Part shown: one piece after another, positions 58,886 to 64,000 of the stretch
Numbering within the stretch: the first letter of the stretch is position 1
Layout of the letters: each line of letters begins with the position of its first letter
NCBI GenBank assembly: GCA_002269645.1
Contig: NIVC01001310.1
Location: 248,001-312,000 of the forward strand
DNA from: Macrostomum lignano
Taxonomy: Eukaryota
DNA: 64,000 nt
Reading direction: 5' to 3'
Position numbers and translations under genes: made by a program
The notes under the pieces: model-generated
Told to the model about the DNA's origin: nothing
The model's database searches: none
Seen by the model: only the letters and a program-made list of their open reading frames with translations

Positions 58886-61800
58886 ATGTCATCGCAGAGT
58901 TCGTCACACCATTCGTCAAGTTCGTCAAAGTCAAGTTCGTCGTCAAACAAGAGGGTATTACTACTACTTCTACTACTACTACTGCTGCTATTATTACTAT
59001 TATTAATACTACTACCATTACTATTACCGAAAGCACGAACATACTTCTACTCCCACAGCAGCACAAGTCCTCTGATGGCCCGACCCCGGCGAAACAGGTC
59101 AAGAGCCCCGATGCCACTGAGACTGTGTCGCTAAACGCTGCTGCAGACGCCTCCAAGCCGTTCACTCCAGCGCTCAGTCAGCAGTATCGCGAGCGAATCC
59201 GGCCAGTGCTGAACAGCATCGATCGTCTCCGGTCGCACGGCCTACAAAATGAGCTCCGCCTGCCCACAGTAGCCGTTGTGGGCGACCAATCGGTAGGCAA
59301 ATCCAGCGTGCTGGAGGCCATCTCGGGCGTGGACTTGCCGCGCGGTACCGGCATTGTGACTCGCTGCCCGCTGCAGCTGAGCATGCGCTCAAAGCCGACT
59401 GGAGACTGGACTGGTAGGATTAGGTGAGCATTTTTATTCTATTAATTCACGTCCTTCGAACTCCTTTCTGAATTTACATTAAATACACATAAAAATATCT
59501 TGCAAATATTAGCAAATTTTGACAGATTTGACAGCGCGGGTATTTGTCTTGCTAAAAAACATTTTCTCAATTACACTGCATGATATGAAATACCAGCAAT
59601 GAGGCTATTCTGCCCTTTCTACTGACCCCTGAGTACATACAAGAGCGCCAGTAATGTACACAGGCACGCAACTCCCACACACTCACACAAGGTGCACAGG
59701 GGCCCCGCACGGACAACCAACTGGCCAATATTTGTCCCAAATGAATGTGGCCGCACAGGCCCGAAATGAACTAGCTTCCTTTCTGCTGAAAACTAGCAGG
59801 CACTTTAGATTGAAATGAAAAAATCAAAGTTGAAAAGTAAAGGGGATGTGAACTTGGGATTCAAAAATGGAGCCCGAAACATTCTGTCCCGATTTCTCTA
59901 CGCTAATCCTTTCATTTGGAGCCAAAAAGCTGCCGTTATGCAGAAAAAACCCGGCCACTTTAGCATTTGAGGATCCCTATGAGGAGAAATGGGATTAATG
60001 GGGAAGAATTCATGTAAACTTCAGGTTCCAGAATGGAGCATGAAGCATTGGGTCCCGGTTTCTCTACGCCAATGCCTTCATTTGGAGCTTCAAACGCTTA
60101 AAAAACGAGATGACCATGATATACGCTTCCCTTTTGGCACTTTTCATGTTTGTAGGAAGAATAGGAGCGATAGTAATGTTATTTAATGCCCCCATTATGT
60201 TGTTTCTTAATAATGTTTATGTTATCTTCCCCACCCCAGCTCTCATTGTGTTCCCCCGTTTTGCTGGAGACTTAAATAGCGTCAAGGGGGGTTTGTATCA
60301 CACATATTAGACCGACGATTTCTACCTCGACGAAGCGGAGGTTAACCCGAAGTTTTGAGACGGAGGGTGGTAAACATCATTTTCGCACATTTATATCGTG
60401 TCAAAGGTGCAAAGCTCCCCCACAACCATTTCTCCCCATAGAGATCCCCAAATGCTAAAGTGTTCGGGTTTTCGCATGACGGCAGCTTTTTGGCTCCAAA
60501 TGAAGGGATTGGCGTAGAAAAATCAGGACCGAATGTTTCGAACTCCATTTTGACTCTTAAGTTCACATCCCCTTTGTAAACTGCTGCTGGGCAGCACATC
60601 ATTTGCCTTCGTCGAGAAAACGTTCTTCCAGTACTCCAGGCTGCAAAATTACAAAGATACGTGGGTTAAAGTATTTCAAAAGTCATTCCAATGTCTTCAA
60701 AGTTAACCAGCTGTAATTTCACAAGTGTCGTTTCCTGCTCTCCTAAGAGCCTTTTCTGACAAGACACCCTTCCCCGACAACAGCTACCAAAATCGCAAGG
60801 GCGAGCACGTCGAGCGTGAAATATCGAAAAAATGTGAAGTAGACGAAATGGTGCGCAAAGTACAAAACGAAATCACTGGCGACTCGAACGGCGTATCTAC
60901 GGAGCAGATCGACCTGACCATTGAGAGCGCGGATGTGTCCGACCTCACCCTGGTTGACCTGCCCGGCATTGCCAGGTACTCTGAGAAGAATCCGAAGATC
61001 AACGAGGTTACCAAGCAGCTGATTCTGTCTTACATCAGCCAGGACCAGGTGATCATCCTGGTTGTTGTACCCTGCAGCGTGGACATCGAGACAGTGGAGG
61101 CCATTGCTCTAGCCAAACAGGTGGACCCAGGGGGCACCAGGACGATCGGAGTCCTGACTTGCCCGGACCTGACCAACCCTGGCAGCGAGGAGGACATCAA
61201 AGCCATCGTCAACAACCAAGGCAGAGTGCGACTGCACAAAGGCTTTGTCATGGTGAAATGCCGCAGCCCCAAGGAGCTCAGGAACAACATTAGTCTGAGC
61301 GAGGTGGCCAAAATCGAGGAGGATTATTTCAAAAACGATCCGCACTTCAGCCAGCTGCCAAAGGATATTGTTGGCACAAAGACGCTGGCAGAGAAGCTGA
61401 CAAATGAGTTGTTCAAGGCAGTGGCTGCGGGCATTGAGACTCTGGAGGAGAGTCTGAAGGTAAGCCAACTGAGAAAGTCAGCTCCACGGGGGAGTTGGCG
61501 AACTTCGGTCCTCAAAGCCTTTCCATTCGGCCTTTAAATACTTTAAATACTTTATATGCAATCCGGCCCACTCAAGGTTTTGTATTTTCTCAGCTCTTCT
61601 CCACTCTCCCTTCTTCTCTTCACTCTCCCATATTTTCTCTTTCCTCTCTCTTCCCTCTCTTTTCTTTTTTAATCTCTCCCTCCTATCACCTATAATCGAC
61701 TAATCCTGTCTCTTCTGATATAAGACTTGATGTGGCTGAATGCTTTCAGGTCAGATTTCTATTTGGCGCTTGTTTTCATTTGCGCATGCGTGCTTAGGGT

Positions 61801-63407
61801 CAACCGAATGTACACGTAATCGTTTTGATTTGACAGCTCGCAAACTGAACTAAATTAAAAAAATTATTTCTCACAGAGCAAGCTGAAGGACTACGAAGAG
61901 GAGCTGAAAGACCTGGAGGACAGTCTGTGCGAGACAGACAGCGACAAGAGAGCCTACCTGATGCGCAAGCTGCAGCAGTTTGCCTCAAAAGTACACGCCG
62001 CCACGGCCAGTCCAGAAGATGAGCGGGACGCATTCGCCACGGGCAGCTCCAGCAGTCTGTACAGCAGCTGTCTGACTAATTGTTCGAGCTTTGGCTACTC
62101 TGTGAGCAGGAGCCAGCCTGGTGAGCTGTTTATTCATTACGAGTTTCCTGGCGCACGGGGCGCTTCTATGCGAAATGCAGTATAGATTTTAGTTGTAAAT
62201 ACTTGTAACAACCATGTATCATAATCGGCGACTTTTTTAGCACAAAGTCCATGCACATTATAAAATTTCATTCTTTATGCTAAACTGGCCACGCGAACTC
62301 GACGTTGCTTGACGTCCATGGCGAACATTTTATTTCAGCCTGGATCATTGACTACTCAAAAAAAGTGCCCAATGGTGTGTCCGACGAGGTGCAGCTTAGA
62401 AGAGGACGCGAGCTTCCGACTTTCACATTTGTGTTCCCTGTTGTTCAGAAGATTGTATTCGAAGAATATTTGCCAAAAATAGAATACCTGGCGAAGTGGC
62501 TACTCGGTGAGGTGCAGTCTCAAGTTACTAAATCGCTTGAAAACCTGACCGAAAATTGTTTCAAAGCGTTTCCAAGGCTGCTGCTACTTGTGAAAGAAAC
62601 TGTTGTCAAGGCGATCGAAGCCCAAGAGGCTGAGTGTCGTGCAGACCTGGCTAAGCTGATTGCACACGAGCGTCGCTTGTTCACTCAGGACAGTCAGTTT
62701 TCGGAAAAACTGCGTTACGTTACAGAGCAACAAAAGGAGTTGGCTAAGCAACCTGTTCCTCCGTAAGTAACTGCTTTAATTGGGCGTTTACCGAAGGATT
62801 TTAGGAGCTGACGCCCCTTGTTCCTCGCACTCAAAGAAGCGTCCCTAGCTACTACGAAACTCCTGGCTATGCCTCTCACATTTGGATCTAAAAACACTAC
62901 AAATGGAATAGTTATTATATATCCTATGTAAAAGAGGAGGTTCCATTTTTCAGCCCAACCCTTTTTTCGGGTTTCGGAGCCCCGGCAGCATCACAGCCGA
63001 TCCGAATCTCTCGCGAGCCTCAAGCAAGCCCAACCACAAGGGCGTCTCAAGGGGGCTTCAAGAGAGCCGAGCCTCAAGTGAGCCGAGCCTCAAGCGAGCC
63101 GTCACATGAGGAGCAAATTCGCCTGGGAACCAAAGCCTACCTGCTGCTGGCCTGTCAGCGCATCTCGGACACGGTGCCAATGTCGGTGCTGTGCCACATG
63201 CTCGACGGCGTGGCCACAAAGCTGGTTGCCGAGATAACTCGACTGTTTGCCGGCGGCAGCCACCAGGTGGACATCCTGGATCTGCTGCGAGAGAAGGAGG
63301 GCAGGCAGCGGAGGAGGCGCTACCTGATTCAGGCTGCTTGTCAGATGCGCGAGTCGCGGAAGGAGCTGCAGAGCGCCAAGCAGAACCGCATGCTGCTAGA
63401 GGACTGA
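58886..63407 (+). CDS. Mx: Mx-type dynamin-like GTPase, 6 exons
   Basis: Exons ~58886-58954, 59059-59423, 60784-61460, 61878-62119, 62339-62762 and 62954-63407. [38 protein letters not shown] (G1/G2), DLTLVDLPG (G3), GVLTCPD (G4), [32 protein letters not shown] (GED). No PH or PRD domain. Confidence 0.93.
59839..60575. mobile_element. MITE with ~145-bp TIRs in Mx intron 2 (Kolobok-like AGGGG termini)
   Basis: aaaggggatgtgaac...ggagaaatgg (59839-59992) vs ccatttctcccc...gttcacatcccctttg (60427-60576). Confidence 0.8.
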
Positions 63408-64000
63408 GACAAGCGCCTCTATTTGAGATGAAAAATGAAAGACTGTTCATGCGAACACGAATTTACCTAAATTTACTTTACCTATCTTCGAAGTGACCAC
63501 AAATAATATACCTTTGAACGGAGACTAACAAAAGTACTTTTGAATGGTAGCTCCATGTATGCCACCGCACAGACCCCGACTGAACAATTTGATACTTTAG
63601 AAATAACCCTGACGACCCCAACTACAAGCGTATCTCGGAACTCTTGAACTCTGGTGGAACGGAAAACTTTATTAGAAATGTCTCAAAAATACCCGAAAAT
63701 GTTTATCAACTACTTACAGTACTCCTATTCATCTGCTGTATCCATTTATAACCATTTTTTAACCAAGTCTTGTAAGCTTTGACGAAGTTTTTAAGCAGCA
63801 TCAATTTTTTAATTGTATTGCAGCACGATCAGTTTTTATTAGTATTTAATGCAGGAATTCCATTTCACAATAAATCTTAATAATCTAAAAGTTTTTATGT
63901 TTGTATGATCTTTATGATAGTTTTATGATAGTTTTAATGATCTAAAACATGGTTAAACACGTCTCTAATCGTAATCTATTTATTAAAATTCGCACTTGAG

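Overview
Eukaryotic (metazoan) genomic DNA with GT-AG introns, AT-rich intergenic DNA, GC-rich exons and many minisatellites. The style suggests a free-living flatworm such as Macrostomum (inference, not verified). Genes, left to right: two paralogous small secreted-protein genes (4.1-5.0 and 7.6-8.4 kb, +); a ~17 kb PLD1/2-type phospholipase D gene with both HKD catalytic motifs degenerate (9.6-26.6 kb, +); a PRD-class Q50 homeobox gene (Shox-like, +); a NACHT-LRR (NLR-like) gene with no obvious N-terminal effector domain (-); a UBE2E-type ubiquitin-conjugating enzyme (-); a FAM216-like gene (-); a PAN/apple + C-type lectin gene (-); an Mx-type dynamin-like GTPase with an atypical G4 motif (+). 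Mobile DNA: several P-superfamily elements with 8-bp TSDs, Tc1/mariner, hAT and Harbinger-like MITEs, a tRNA-derived SINE family (3 copies) and many tandem arrays. Most notable: (i) the pseudo-PLD; (ii) two different P-family elements inserted side by side at the same 8-bp site in a SINE tRNA head (three copies of GTTGTAGC); (iii) a ~4.7 kb CpG-depleted, transition-rich nest of decayed MITEs with a TAGGCCTA cluster upstream of UBE2E. All alignments, exon models and counts were done by eye and are approximate.
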